Positions 17,754 through 28,565 of a DNA stretch of 64,000 nt are shown piece by piece (positions within the stretch are counted from its first letter, which is position 1; every line of letters begins with the position of its first letter). This DNA is from an uncultured Pelagibacteraceae bacterium. GTDB lineage: Bacteria; Pseudomonadota; Alphaproteobacteria; Pelagibacterales; Pelagibacteraceae. Location: the NCBI GenBank assembly GCA_902628525.1, contig CACOMZ010000001.1, positions 141,186 through 205,185 on the forward strand, read 5' to 3'. Under the pieces are notes generated by a model. That model saw only the letters and a program-made list of their open reading frames with translations, was not told the DNA's origin and did not search any database. The position numbers and the translations under genes were made by a program.

Positions 17754-18785
17754 ATGTCTGAAACTGTTATCAAATGTGAATCGGTTTATAAAATTTTTGG
17801 ACAAAACGCCAAAAAGATGCTTGAAGAAGCTAATGGCAATGTAGACGCAAAAACTTTTCAGGAAAAAGGTTGTATAGTTGGAGTTAATAATGCTTCTTTT
17901 GAAGTTTCGAAGGGAGAAATGTTGGTAGTGATGGGTTTATCTGGTTCAGGTAAATCAACATTGCTCAGATGTATTTCAAGATTAACAGATGCAACAGGTG
18001 GTAAAATTTTTATTGAAGGTCAAGATTTATTAGAACTAAACAATAAGGAACTTATTGAACTTAGAAGAAGTAAAATGGGAATGGTTTTTCAAAGTTTTGC
18101 TTTACTGCCTCACAAAACTGTTGTTGAAAATATTGCATTTCCATTACAGATCAAGGGTACTAATACTGAGGACAGTATAAACAGAGCAATGGAGATGGTG
18201 AAATTAGTTGGTCTAGATGGGAGAGAAAACTATTTTCCAAGAGAACTTTCAGGTGGTCAACAACAAAGAGTGGGAATAGCTAGATCTTTGGCTGTGGAAC
18301 CTGATATCTGGTTTTTAGACGAGCCTTTTTCTGCACTAGATCCATTAATAAGAAAAGAAATGCAAGATGAGTTTTTGAGACTTCAAGAAAAATTACAAAA
18401 AACCATTATGTTTATTACACATGATTTTGATGAGGCGTTAAAGTTAGCTGACAGAATAGCAATTATGAAAGACGGCATCATTGAACAATTAGATACACCA
18501 GCAAATATTGTTTTAAATCCAGCCACCGAGTATGTGAGAAAATTTACTGAAGAGGTTCCTAGAGAAAAAGTTTTGATAATTGAAGATGTAATGGATACCT
18601 CTATAAAAGATAATTTAGGTGATTTAAAAGTCTCAAAAGACGATATTATTGAGAATGTAGCGGAAAAAATTCTTACACAAGAAAAAATAGTAGGGGTAGT
18701 TGACTCAAATAATAATATTGTAGGCTCTATCAAACCTTCAAAAATAATAGATACAGTTTTTGGAGGAAGAAAGAATGGCAGTTAA
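17754..18785 (+). CDS. tmoW: TMAO/betaine ABC transporter ATP-binding subunit (ProV family)
   Basis: GLSGSGKST, LSGGQQQR, FLDEPFSALD, ITHD. Confidence 0.88.
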   Translation: MSETVIKCESVYKIFGQNAKKMLEEANGNVDAKTFQEKGCIVGVNNASFEVSKGEMLVVMGLSGSGKSTLLRCISRLTDATGGKIFIEGQDLLELNNKELIELRRSKMGMVFQSFALLPHKTVVENIAFPLQIKGTNTEDSINRAMEMVKLVGLDGRENYFPRELSGGQQQRVGIARSLAVEPDIWFLDEPFSALDPLIRKEMQDEFLRLQEKLQKTIMFITHDFDEALKLADRIAIMKDGIIEQLDTPANIVLNPATEYVRKFTEEVPREKVLIIEDVMDTSIKDNLGDLKVSKDDIIENVAEKILTQEKIVGVVDSNNNIVGSIKPSKIIDTVFGGRKNGS

Positions 18786-18788
18786 AAT

Positions 18789-20942
18789 ATGGAATATCTA
18801 AAAAAATATCCAAAATTATTCCAATGGTTATTTTTGTTGGTTGTATTTTTTGCTCTGTGTTTTGCAATTGATGTTCCTGAAACCTATAAATTCATAAGAG
18901 GCCAGGCAGAATTTGTTAAAGATCCTAATCAAAGTGTTTATTTTTTCCTAGGTAAAGAAGTTAGATATTACGCTTTTGATGTATTTTGGAGATTACCTCC
19001 TCTTCTTGGGTGGTTGCCTATTTGGATAAATGACTCACTATTCTTTTTGATGAACGAGTGGATGCCAATGGAGTTTTGGAACGAAGATACTCAGGAGTTC
19101 AAAACACGTCCATTATTACTTCAAATAAGCAGAAATTTAACAGCATTCATGACTTTTTTGATTGAATTAATTAGAGAGATATTATTAGGCGGATTAGAAA
19201 CTATTGTTGCATTCACTAGCTGGGATTTTATAGATGCATATCCTTGGTTAGAATTACCAGGTTTACCGTGGACTATTGTTGCAGCTGGAGCAGCAATACT
19301 TTCTTACAAGTTAAGTGGTAAAGGATTGGCGTTGTTTGCAGGCTTAACAATGATTTATATTTCTTTATTTGGTCAATGGAAGCCTTCAATGCAAACACTA
19401 TCTTTTATACTTGTTGCTGCACCCCTCTCATTTATTTTTGGTTTAGGTTTGGGAATTGCTGCTTACAAAAGTAAACGTGTTGAAAAAGCTTTATATCCAA
19501 TACTTTTGGTGATGCAAACTATGCCACAATACGCTGTGTTAGTCCCTGCATTAGTTCTTTTTGGTGTTGGTGATCATGCTGCTGTAATTATTACTATGGT
19601 AGTTGCAGTCCCACCAATGATATTATTGACAATTTTAGGTTTGAGGGCAATTCCTCCAGAGGTTATTGAAGCTGGAAGAATGAGTGGCTGCACTAATTGG
19701 CAATTAATGTTAAAAGTTTTAATTCCTACAGCAAGAAGAGATATTTTAATTGGAGTTAACCAAGTAATTATGGTTTGTTTTTCAATGGCAGTTATATCTG
19801 CATTCATTGGTGCTAAAGGTTTAGGGTTTAATTTATTATTAGCTTTAAATCAACTTAACATTGGATTGGCTTTAGAGGCTGGATTATGCATCAGTTTAAT
19901 TGCCATACTACTTGATAAGATGTCTTTAGCTTGGGCAAACAAACAAACAGATTATTTTGGAAATCTGACATTTTTCCAAAGAAATAAAAATACAATATTT
20001 TTTGTAGCCTCTGTAGTAATTGGAATTATTCTTGCTTATGTTGGAACTTTTGTTTTCAAAGGAAGCTTTAATTATTTATTTGAGGTTCCACATAACAAAG
20101 GAATATCTACAGCAGATTTTTGGAACAAAGGAGTAGATTGGATATTTGATACTTTCTTTGTTTACATTAAAGCATTCAATACATGGTTAATTGTAGACGT
20201 ACTGCAACCAATGAGAGCTTTATATTTAAGAATGCCTGCAGTAGCTACATTAGTATTAGCTGTTGGGGCAGGGTATTTAATTGGGGGAATTCGTTCTGCA
20301 TTAGTTGTTGCAGCTTTAACTTTATTTATTGCTCTAAGTCCGTGGTGGGATAGAGCACTTGTAACACTATACATGGCTACTTTTGGTGTGATTGTTTCTT
20401 GTTTAATAGGTTTCACAGTTGGTACATTGTGCTTTCAGAATAAAAAATCAGCCGCTTTCATGCTGGGTGTCTGTGATATATTTCAAACTTTCCCATCTTT
20501 TGTATATTTAATTCCAGTAATGATGCTTTTTGGAATTACAGATACATCAGTTTTAATAGCTGTAATTGTTTATGCAACAATACCTGCTACAAGATATACG
20601 ATAGAAGGCTTAAGAAGTGTTCCTGTTGGCCTACATGAAGCTGCAACAATGTCTGGTGTTAATAAATTTCAGAGATTAACTAAGATTGAATTCCCATTAG
20701 CTTTTCCTCACATGATGCTTGGTTTAAATCAGACAATAGTTTTTGCACTATTTATGGTAATAATTGGAGCATTTATTGGAACCGAAGATTTGGGTCAATA
20801 TATTTTAAAAGCACTTTCAGATAAAAATGGAGCTGGTATTGGTTTAACGCTCGGTATCTGTGTTGCATTTATAGGCTTAATTTTTGATAACTTAATAAGA
20901 ACTTGGGTTGGAAAAAGAAAAAAGCATCTTGGTATAGATTAG
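18789..20942 (+). CDS. tmoV: TMAO/betaine ABC transporter permease with two fused ProW-type domains
   Basis: Two BPD_transp_1 modules (QTMP..EAGRMSG; QTFP..EAATMSG). Confidence 0.87.
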   Translation: MEYLKKYPKLFQWLFLLVVFFALCFAIDVPETYKFIRGQAEFVKDPNQSVYFFLGKEVRYYAFDVFWRLPPLLGWLPIWINDSLFFLMNEWMPMEFWNEDTQEFKTRPLLLQISRNLTAFMTFLIELIREILLGGLETIVAFTSWDFIDAYPWLELPGLPWTIVAAGAAILSYKLSGKGLALFAGLTMIYISLFGQWKPSMQTLSFILVAAPLSFIFGLGLGIAAYKSKRVEKALYPILLVMQTMPQYAVLVPALVLFGVGDHAAVIITMVVAVPPMILLTILGLRAIPPEVIEAGRMSGCTNWQLMLKVLIPTARRDILIGVNQVIMVCFSMAVISAFIGAKGLGFNLLLALNQLNIGLALEAGLCISLIAILLDKMSLAWANKQTDYFGNLTFFQRNKNTIFFVASVVIGIILAYVGTFVFKGSFNYLFEVPHNKGISTADFWNKGVDWIFDTFFVYIKAFNTWLIVDVLQPMRALYLRMPAVATLVLAVGAGYLIGGIRSALVVAALTLFIALSPWWDRALVTLYMATFGVIVSCLIGFTVGTLCFQNKKSAAFMLGVCDIFQTFPSFVYLIPVMMLFGITDTSVLIAVIVYATIPATRYTIEGLRSVPVGLHEAATMSGVNKFQRLTKIEFPLAFPHMMLGLNQTIVFALFMVIIGAFIGTEDLGQYILKALSDKNGAGIGLTLGICVAFIGLIFDNLIRTWVGKRKKHLGID

Positions 20943-20946
20943 TATT

Positions 20947-22425
20947 TTGAAAAAATTTATTATCTCAATAGACCAGGGGACAACCTCTTCTAGGGTCGTA
21001 CTTTTTGATACTAAAGGTAATGTTAATTTCATTTCACAATATGAATTTAAACAATACTTTCCTAAAAATGGCTGGGTTGAGCATGATCCAAATGAAATTT
21101 GGTCAACAACCCTGAAAGCTTTAAAAGAAGTAATTAAAAAAGCCTCAAAAATGAGAGGGCATATACTTACAATTGGAATTACAAATCAAAGGGAAACTAC
21201 AATTTTATGGAATAAAAAAACTGGCAAACCTGTTTATAATGCAATCGTTTGGCAGGACAGAAGAACTCAGGAGTATTGTAAATCTTTAAAAAATAAAAAT
21301 TATGAAAATAATATTAGAAAAAAAACTGGTTTATTTATTGATCCTTATTTTTCTGCCACTAAAATTAAATGGATCATAGAAAATATAAAAGTTTCTAAAA
21401 AATTACTTAAATCTAATAATTTATTATTTGGCACGGTAGATACTTTTTTGATCTGGAAACTCACTAAAGGTAAGCAGCATTTAACAGAAGCCACTAATGC
21501 AAGTAGGACTATGTTATTTAATATTAATTTTAATAAATGGGATAAAGATATTTTACGAAAACTAAACATACCAAAGAATATTTTGCCAGAAGTAAAAAAT
21601 TCTGCAGATAATTTTGGAAAAACAGATAAGAGAGTTACAGGAAAAGAGATATCAATTTCTGCTGTTTTAGGAGATCAACAAGCAGCAGCTGTAGGACAGG
21701 CTTGTTTTGAAAAAGGGTCTATAAAGAGCACATATGGCACTGGTGCATTTATAATAATGAATACAGGATCAAAAAAAATTATCTCAAAAAATAAGTTACT
21801 AACTACAATTTGTTATCGATTAAAAAATAAGACCACATATGCCCTTGAAGGATCTATTTTTATAGCAGGTGCGGGTGTGCAATGGTTAAGAGACAAAATT
21901 AAACTTATTAACAATGCTTATGAAACAGAAAAAATAGCTAAATCAACAAAAAGTAACAATGAGGTTTATATAGTGCCAGCTTTTAGTGGCATAGGAGCTC
22001 CTTATTGGAGACCTGATGCAAGAGGTTTAATAACAGGACTTACAAGAGATAGTGATTGGAAGACTTTAGTTAGAGCAACAGTAGAGTCGGTAGCTTATCA
22101 AAGTTATGACTTATTTAATTCAATGAATAAAGATGGATTAAAGCCTAGAATAGTAAAAATTGATGGTGGAATGGTAGCTAATAATTGGTTTTCACAATTC
22201 TTAGCGGATGTAATTAATTTGAGAGTAATAAGACCGAAAGTTTTAGAAACCACTGCTCTTGGAGCAGCACTGCTTGCAGGATATCAAGTAGGAGAATTCA
22301 AATCATTAAATCAGATTAAAAATACATGGAAAAAAGACAAAGCTTTTATGCCAAAAATTAATAAAAAGCTTAGAAATCATTTATTGCATGGATGGAAGCA
22401 AGCAATTAAAAAAACCTTAGCATAA
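20947..22425 (+). CDS. glpK: Glycerol kinase
   Basis: IDQGTTSSR, GITNQRET, WQDRRT, GDQQAA, TYGTG, DGG, ETTALGAA. TTG start. Confidence 0.95.
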   Translation: MKKFIISIDQGTTSSRVVLFDTKGNVNFISQYEFKQYFPKNGWVEHDPNEIWSTTLKALKEVIKKASKMRGHILTIGITNQRETTILWNKKTGKPVYNAIVWQDRRTQEYCKSLKNKNYENNIRKKTGLFIDPYFSATKIKWIIENIKVSKKLLKSNNLLFGTVDTFLIWKLTKGKQHLTEATNASRTMLFNINFNKWDKDILRKLNIPKNILPEVKNSADNFGKTDKRVTGKEISISAVLGDQQAAAVGQACFEKGSIKSTYGTGAFIIMNTGSKKIISKNKLLTTICYRLKNKTTYALEGSIFIAGAGVQWLRDKIKLINNAYETEKIAKSTKSNNEVYIVPAFSGIGAPYWRPDARGLITGLTRDSDWKTLVRATVESVAYQSYDLFNSMNKDGLKPRIVKIDGGMVANNWFSQFLADVINLRVIRPKVLETTALGAALLAGYQVGEFKSLNQIKNTWKKDKAFMPKINKKLRNHLLHGWKQAIKKTLA

Positions 22426-22443
22426 AGATAATAAAAGATAAAA

Positions 22444-23400
22444 ATGAAAAATATATTAATTATTGGTGCTGGAGCTATGGGGGCTGCTTTTTCAATACCT
22501 TTGATAGACAATGGTCATTCAGTTGTACTTGCAGAGCCACACAATTTTAAACTAATTAAAAAAATAAACTCAAAAAAAAAATTTCATCCATCATTAAACA
22601 TAAATTTACCTAAAAAAATAAACGTCAAAAAATTTTCAAGTGAAATTTTAAATTATAAATGGGATCTAATCGTGATAGCAGTGAGTTCTATAGGAATAGA
22701 CTTGATTGGAAAAAATCTATCAAAAATTAAAAAAAAATTACCTATTTTAGTTCTTACAAAAGGTCTTAAATACGATTGTGGAAATTTAATTTCAATGTCT
22801 AGTCTATTAAGAAAATATAATAAAAGTTTAAATATTTCAGTTTTGAAAGGTCCTTGTTTGGCAAAAGAATTAGCTAGAAAAGTAAAAAGTTTCACAGTTG
22901 TTGCTAACAAAAATATAGATACAGCTAAAAAGATTGCAAAACTAATTTCAACAAATTATTATCAAATAGAATTTAGTAGAGATGTCAATGGAGTTGAATT
23001 TTTATCTGCTATAAAAAATATTTATTCAATGATTATTGGAGCTGGGCAATCGCACAATACATCATCAGCATTATTTAGAAAATCAATAGATGAAATGAAG
23101 TATCTTACAAATTATTTTAAAGGTAAAAAAGAAACTGTTTATGGTTTAGCAGGATTAGGTGATTTATATGTGAGTGCAATGGGTGGAAGAAATAGTAAAA
23201 TGGGAGAATATCTTGGAAAAGGCTATACTTTTACTAAAGCAAAAAAAGGTTTTATGAAAAATGACACAGTAGAAGGTGCTGATCTAGCAATAGAAATTGC
23301 TCCTTTTATATTTAAAAATTTTGATAAAAAAAAAATTCCTTTAATGATCTCTTTATTAGATGCAGTTGTTAAAAATAAAAAACTTAAAATTAATTACTAA
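22444..23400 (+). CDS. gpsA: NAD(P)H-dependent glycerol-3-phosphate dehydrogenase family protein
   Basis: GAGAMG, TKGL, GPCLAKE, IKNIY, GLGDL..GRN. Confidence 0.8.
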   Translation: MKNILIIGAGAMGAAFSIPLIDNGHSVVLAEPHNFKLIKKINSKKKFHPSLNINLPKKINVKKFSSEILNYKWDLIVIAVSSIGIDLIGKNLSKIKKKLPILVLTKGLKYDCGNLISMSSLLRKYNKSLNISVLKGPCLAKELARKVKSFTVVANKNIDTAKKIAKLISTNYYQIEFSRDVNGVEFLSAIKNIYSMIIGAGQSHNTSSALFRKSIDEMKYLTNYFKGKKETVYGLAGLGDLYVSAMGGRNSKMGEYLGKGYTFTKAKKGFMKNDTVEGADLAIEIAPFIFKNFDKKKIPLMISLLDAVVKNKKLKINY

Positions 23401-23404
23401 TTTT

Positions 23405-24736
23405 TTATTTGTTTAAAAATGTTTCCATAGAGTCATCCATTGCCTTTTCCCAAGGCGTGTGATGCACTGGCGCAACTGATCCAGTTACTGGAGAAGAAAA
23501 TGATTTATTTCTATAAGTTAGAATATCCTCAACTTTATGGTGCTCCCATTCTTTAAAATGCTTTCTTATTAACTCAAAGTCAATTTTTGGATAATCAGAC
23601 ATTTCATGAAGCTCTTTGGTATACTCTGTTTGAAAATCAATCATTTGATCCGGATTTTCTAATTTTTCCTCCATAGAAACCCAATTTTTAATATCTTTAT
23701 CTATTTCATTTGCGCTTGGCATTTTAATTTTGCCCATAATTACGTCTCTTGCAAACCAAGCTTGGCAGTCAAACATATTAAAAGTATGAAATTGATCTTG
23801 CATGCCTAAGTAAAGAAGTTTGTGATTATCTTGTAAGACAACACCTTTATAAAGTTTAGGTGGATATAATCGGTTATGCGTTTTTAATTTTAAACTTTCC
23901 TCTAAAAATGGAAAATGATGCAAGTAACCAGTACAAAGTATTATTGCATCAGCATTTTGTTCAGTTCCATCTTTAAATATAGCTTTTTTACCCTCTAATC
24001 TATCAAGATAATGTACCTCTTTCATACCTTTTGGCCATTTGAAACCCATTGGGTTATGTCTATACCCAATTGTTACACTCTTAGCACCATACTTATTGCA
24101 TTGAAGAGCAACATCCTCAGCCGAATAACTGCTTCCTAAAACAATTACATCCTTTCCTCTAAACTCTTCAGCATCTCTAAAATCATGCGAATGCATTATT
24201 CTACCTGGGAAAGAGTGCATACCCTCATACTCAGGAATAAAGGGTACAGAAAAATGACCCGTAGAAACAACTACATAATCAAAAGTGTCATTTAAAATTT
24301 TATTATTAACTTTATCTTGGTAGCTTATTTCAAACTTATCATTTTTATAAATAGTACTTGTAACTCTAGTATTAAATTTAATTTTACTTTTAATATTTCC
24401 TTTACTCACTCTTCCTAAAATATAGTTTTGCAAAACCTCTCTAGGTGGAAAAGAGGGAATAGCTTTTCCAAAATGTTCATCAAAAGAATAATCAGCAAAT
24501 TCTAAACACTCTTTAGGTCCATTGGACCATAAATATCTGTACATACTATTAGGAACTGGGTCTCCATATTGATCAGAACCAGTTCTCCAGCTGTAGTTCC
24601 ACAGACCACCCCAACTTTCTTGCTTTTCAAAGCAAACTATCTCAGGTATTTTTTCTCCTTTTTTTTCTAAATGTTCAAACGCTCTTAAAATTGAAAGTCC
24701 ACAAGGTCCCGCACCAATGATTGCTACTTTTGACAT
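23405..24736 (-). CDS. tmm: Trimethylamine monooxygenase (bacterial flavin-containing monooxygenase)
   Basis: GAGPCG, WGGLWNY, SMYRYLWSNGPKECLEF, FPGRIMHSHDFR (FMO motif), GSSYSAED. Start set at MSKVAIIG (ATG 24736). Confidence 0.93.
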   Translation of the reverse strand: MSKVAIIGAGPCGLSILRAFEHLEKKGEKIPEIVCFEKQESWGGLWNYSWRTGSDQYGDPVPNSMYRYLWSNGPKECLEFADYSFDEHFGKAIPSFPPREVLQNYILGRVSKGNIKSKIKFNTRVTSTIYKNDKFEISYQDKVNNKILNDTFDYVVVSTGHFSVPFIPEYEGMHSFPGRIMHSHDFRDAEEFRGKDVIVLGSSYSAEDVALQCNKYGAKSVTIGYRHNPMGFKWPKGMKEVHYLDRLEGKKAIFKDGTEQNADAIILCTGYLHHFPFLEESLKLKTHNRLYPPKLYKGVVLQDNHKLLYLGMQDQFHTFNMFDCQAWFARDVIMGKIKMPSANEIDKDIKNWVSMEEKLENPDQMIDFQTEYTKELHEMSDYPKIDFELIRKHFKEWEHHKVEDILTYRNKSFSSPVTGSVAPVHHTPWEKAMDDSMETFLNK

Positions 24737-24813
24737 AGAATTTTTCCTATCATTAATAAATTTATAATTATATCTTACTAACAATTTTTAAAAAAATAAA
24801 ATTATATTTTATT

Positions 24814-25971
24814 ATGGGTATCAATTGGAATTATCCTACGACTATGTGGATAGGAGAAAACAGAATTGAAGATTTATCTTTGGCTTGTAAAGAGCTCAAA
24901 ATTTCCAATCCATTATTTGTGACTGATAAAGATTTAATTAATCTAGATTTTATAAAAAATATAATACTTAATTTAAAAAAAAGTTTTAAAAACTTGTCCA
25001 TCTTTTCTAATTTTACGGGAAATCCAATTGGTCAAAATGTAGAGGAAGGTGTTAACACTTATAATACCTTCGGATGTGATGGTGTAATAGCATTAGGAGG
25101 TGGTAGTGGTTTAGATGTTGGAAAAGCTATAGCATTTATGTGCAATCAATCTAGGCCTTTATGGGATTTTGAGGATATCGGTGATTATTGGAAAAGAGCA
25201 GATAGATCGAAAATTTCAAAAATCATTGCAGTTCCAACAACTGCTGGTACTGGATCTGAAACTGGAAGGGCATCTGTTATAATTAATAAAGAAACTGGTG
25301 CAAAAAAAATTATTTTTCACCCTATGATGTTGCCATCAATTGTAATCTTAGACCCTTTACTCACTTTAGATTTATCCCCAAGATTAACTGCTGCTACAGG
25401 AATGGATGCTTTGGCGCATAATTTAGAAGCCTTTTGTGCACCAGTATATCATCCAATGGCTGATGGTATGGCAATAGAAGGAATTAAATTAATTAAAAAT
25501 TCCTTATTAAAGGCTTACAATAACGGTAAAGATATTAATGCTAGAATGGATTTACTTTCTGCAGCCTCAATGGGCTCAACCGCATTTCAAAAAGGACTTG
25601 GGGCAATTCACTCATTGAGCCATCCTGTAAATGGTAAATTTAATGTTCACCATGGTTTATCAAATGCAATATTTATGCCATATGTCTTAACATTTAATAA
25701 AAGTTCAATTGAAAACAAGATAATTTCAATATGTGATTATCTAAAATTGAATAAAAATTTTAAAAGTTTTTTAGATTGGATTTTAGAATTAAGAAATAAT
25801 CTAAATATTCCACACAAACTATCTGAAGTTATGGATTGTAATAATATAGATCTAGACGAACTTTCCTTAATGGCTTACGAAGATCCATCAACTGGTGGTA
25901 ATCCAAAAAAAATAAATAAAGAAGATTTAAAAGAAATGTATAAAAAAAGTATTTCCGGAGAATTATTTTGA
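24814..25971 (+). CDS. Iron-containing alcohol dehydrogenase
   Basis: GGGSGLD, PTTAGTGSE, GMDALAHNLE, IHSLSH, HHG. Confidence 0.92.
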   Translation: MGINWNYPTTMWIGENRIEDLSLACKELKISNPLFVTDKDLINLDFIKNIILNLKKSFKNLSIFSNFTGNPIGQNVEEGVNTYNTFGCDGVIALGGGSGLDVGKAIAFMCNQSRPLWDFEDIGDYWKRADRSKISKIIAVPTTAGTGSETGRASVIINKETGAKKIIFHPMMLPSIVILDPLLTLDLSPRLTAATGMDALAHNLEAFCAPVYHPMADGMAIEGIKLIKNSLLKAYNNGKDINARMDLLSAASMGSTAFQKGLGAIHSLSHPVNGKFNVHHGLSNAIFMPYVLTFNKSSIENKIISICDYLKLNKNFKSFLDWILELRNNLNIPHKLSEVMDCNNIDLDELSLMAYEDPSTGGNPKKINKEDLKEMYKKSISGELF

Positions 25972-26759
25972 TGAAAAAAATACTTATAGTTGAAGGTAAT
26001 CCAATTGAAGAAAATAAACAATTCACTATTGCAGGTATTCAAACTCATACAGAGAGTTTAAAACATAGTCTTAGTTATTTTACTGATAAATTATTAATTG
26101 ATGTTGCTAATCCATCTTCAGATAAAAATATCGAAGATATAGTTAAAAATCTTGAAAGTTATGAGGGGCTCATATGGGGTGGAAGTAGTTTAAATATTTA
26201 CAACGCTACTCCTGAAATAAAAAAACAAATAGAATTTATGAGGGAATGCCAAAAAAAAATTAAAAAAATTTTGGCAATTTGTTGGGGTATGCAGGTAGCT
26301 GTAACAGCAGCAGGGGGTGTAGTTAAAAAATGTGACAAAGGTTCTCACAAAGGAATTGCAATGAATATCGAAATTAATGAGAATGGTTTGAAACATCCTC
26401 TTTATAAAAATAAAAAAAGAAAATTTAATACACCAGCTTTTAACTTTGATGAGGTAGTAAAAATGCCAGATAATTGCACCTTGTTAGCTTCTAACTCGAT
26501 TAATAAAGTTCAAAGTTTAAACTTCAAAGTAGGAGAATGTGATGTTTGGGGACTTCAGTATCACCCAGAAATAACTTATCAAAAAATGATAAATTTAATT
26601 ATTTTTAGAAGAGATAGACTTTTAAAAAAAGAGGCATTTAGCGATGAAAATGAGATAGATAATCATATAAGATTAATAGAGATGGAAAATAAAAAATTAG
26701 ATAAAAATTCTCGTATGACTGAACTAAAAAATTGGTTAGACTATTTAGAATTAAAATAG
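25968..26759 (+). CDS. Class I glutamine amidotransferase-like hydrolase
   Basis: AICWGMQ nucleophile elbow and QYHPE catalytic His-Glu. Confidence 0.87.
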   Translation: MMKKILIVEGNPIEENKQFTIAGIQTHTESLKHSLSYFTDKLLIDVANPSSDKNIEDIVKNLESYEGLIWGGSSLNIYNATPEIKKQIEFMRECQKKIKKILAICWGMQVAVTAAGGVVKKCDKGSHKGIAMNIEINENGLKHPLYKNKKRKFNTPAFNFDEVVKMPDNCTLLASNSINKVQSLNFKVGECDVWGLQYHPEITYQKMINLIIFRRDRLLKKEAFSDENEIDNHIRLIEMENKKLDKNSRMTELKNWLDYLELK

Positions 26760-28436
26760 TCCTTCAATTTCTCCTTTGTCATTTAACCTTATAGAGTCAG
26801 CCGCAGGAATTCTTGGAAGACCTGGCATTGTCATAATAGCTCCACAAACGACAACTATAAATTCTGCACCAGATGAAAGTCTAATCTCTCTAATAGGAAG
26901 TGCATGACCAGTAGGTGCGCCCTTTAGGTTTGGATCTGTTGAAAAACTATATTGTGTTTTCGCAACACAAATTGGTAACTCACCATAACCAGCCTCTTCA
27001 AAATTTTTTAGCTGTTCTTTTATTTTTGCATCTGCTATCACTTCATCAGCTCTATAGATTTCTTTTGCAATAGTTTCTATTTTTTTAAATAAAGGTATTT
27101 TACTTTCGTATAAAAAATTGAATTTAGCGTCACTTTTTTCACATAGATCAACCACATGTTCTGCAAGTTCTTTTGTACCTTCACCTCCATTTGACCAGTG
27201 AGTACATAGACTAGCCTTCACTCCTAAACTTTCACAAAAATCTATTAATGCTTTAACTTCATTTTCTGTATCTTTTATGAAGTGATTAACAGCCACAGCC
27301 ACTGGTAACCCAAATTTTTTTACATTTTCCACGTGTCTTTCTAGGTTGACTAACCCTTTTTTGAGAGCATCTACATTTTCATTTTTTAAATCATCTTTAG
27401 CAACACCCCCGTGCATCTTTAAAGCCCTAATAGTTGCAACTATTACTACACAGCTTGGTTTCAAATTAGATTTTCTACATTTAATATCTAAGAATTTTTC
27501 AGCTCCTAAATCAGCACCAAAACCTGCTTCGGTTACGACATAGTCAGCAAGTTTTAAACCTGTCTTAGTTGCAATTACAGAATTACATCCATGTGCAATA
27601 TTTGCAAATGGTCCGCCATGAATAATGGCAGGATTATTTTCTAGTGTTTGGGTAACATTAGGTCTTATTGCATCTTTAAGTAAAACTGTCATGGGTCCTT
27701 GAGCCTTTAAGTCTTTTGCATAAATAGGTTTTTTTGATCTATTGTAAGCGATTGTAATATTGCCTATTCTTTTTTCTAAATCTTCCAAATCATTTGATAA
27801 GCAGAAAATAGCCATTATTTCAGAGGCAACAGTTATATCAAAACCATCCTCTCTAGGAAAACCATTGGCTACACCACCTAAATTAATATTTATTGATCTT
27901 AACGATCGATCATTCATATCCATCACTCTTTTCCAAACTACTCTTCGAACATCAATGTCTAACTTATTCCCCCAATAAATGTGGTTATCAATCAAAGCTG
28001 ATAATAAATTATGAGCAGAGGTAATAGCATGAAAGTCACCTGTAAAATGAAGATTAATTTGTTCCATTGGCACCACCTGAGCATATCCTCCTCCTGCAGC
28101 TCCACCCTTCATTCCAAAAGAGGGACCAAGGCTTGGTTCTCTCAAACATACAATTGATTTTTTTCCAATTTTATTTAAACCATCATGAAGTCCTACAGAT
28201 GTGGTAGTTTTTCCTTCACCCGCAGGTGTTGGTGTTATAGCAGTTACTAATATTAATTTACCATCAGGTTTGTCTTTAAGTGTATCTAGATATTCCAAAT
28301 TTATTTTTGCAATGTGTCGCCCCATAGGACTAAAAGCTGCACTTTCGTCAGGCACATTTATTTTTGCCAAAACATCATTAATTGGCTGCATTTTAGCTTC
28401 TCTAGCTATTTGAATATCTGATTTTACATCACTCAT
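26751..28436 (-). CDS. fhs: Formate--tetrahydrofolate ligase
   Basis: [49 protein letters not shown]. Confidence 0.97.
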   Translation of the reverse strand: MSDVKSDIQIAREAKMQPINDVLAKINVPDESAAFSPMGRHIAKINLEYLDTLKDKPDGKLILVTAITPTPAGEGKTTTSVGLHDGLNKIGKKSIVCLREPSLGPSFGMKGGAAGGGYAQVVPMEQINLHFTGDFHAITSAHNLLSALIDNHIYWGNKLDIDVRRVVWKRVMDMNDRSLRSININLGGVANGFPREDGFDITVASEIMAIFCLSNDLEDLEKRIGNITIAYNRSKKPIYAKDLKAQGPMTVLLKDAIRPNVTQTLENNPAIIHGGPFANIAHGCNSVIATKTGLKLADYVVTEAGFGADLGAEKFLDIKCRKSNLKPSCVVIVATIRALKMHGGVAKDDLKNENVDALKKGLVNLERHVENVKKFGLPVAVAVNHFIKDTENEVKALIDFCESLGVKASLCTHWSNGGEGTKELAEHVVDLCEKSDAKFNFLYESKIPLFKKIETIAKEIYRADEVIADAKIKEQLKNFEEAGYGELPICVAKTQYSFSTDPNLKGAPTGHALPIREIRLSSGAEFIVVVCGAIMTMPGLPRIPAADSIRLNDKGEIEGLF

Positions 28437-28565
28437 TTGAAATCCTTTAAATTAAAAACATTTACTTGATGACTTCATATCCTTTTTTGAGATCTTTGGA
28501 AACTTCTAAAAAATATATATAAAAAAAATAAGAACTATTTATATTCTTTGTTATAAAATTAATGC

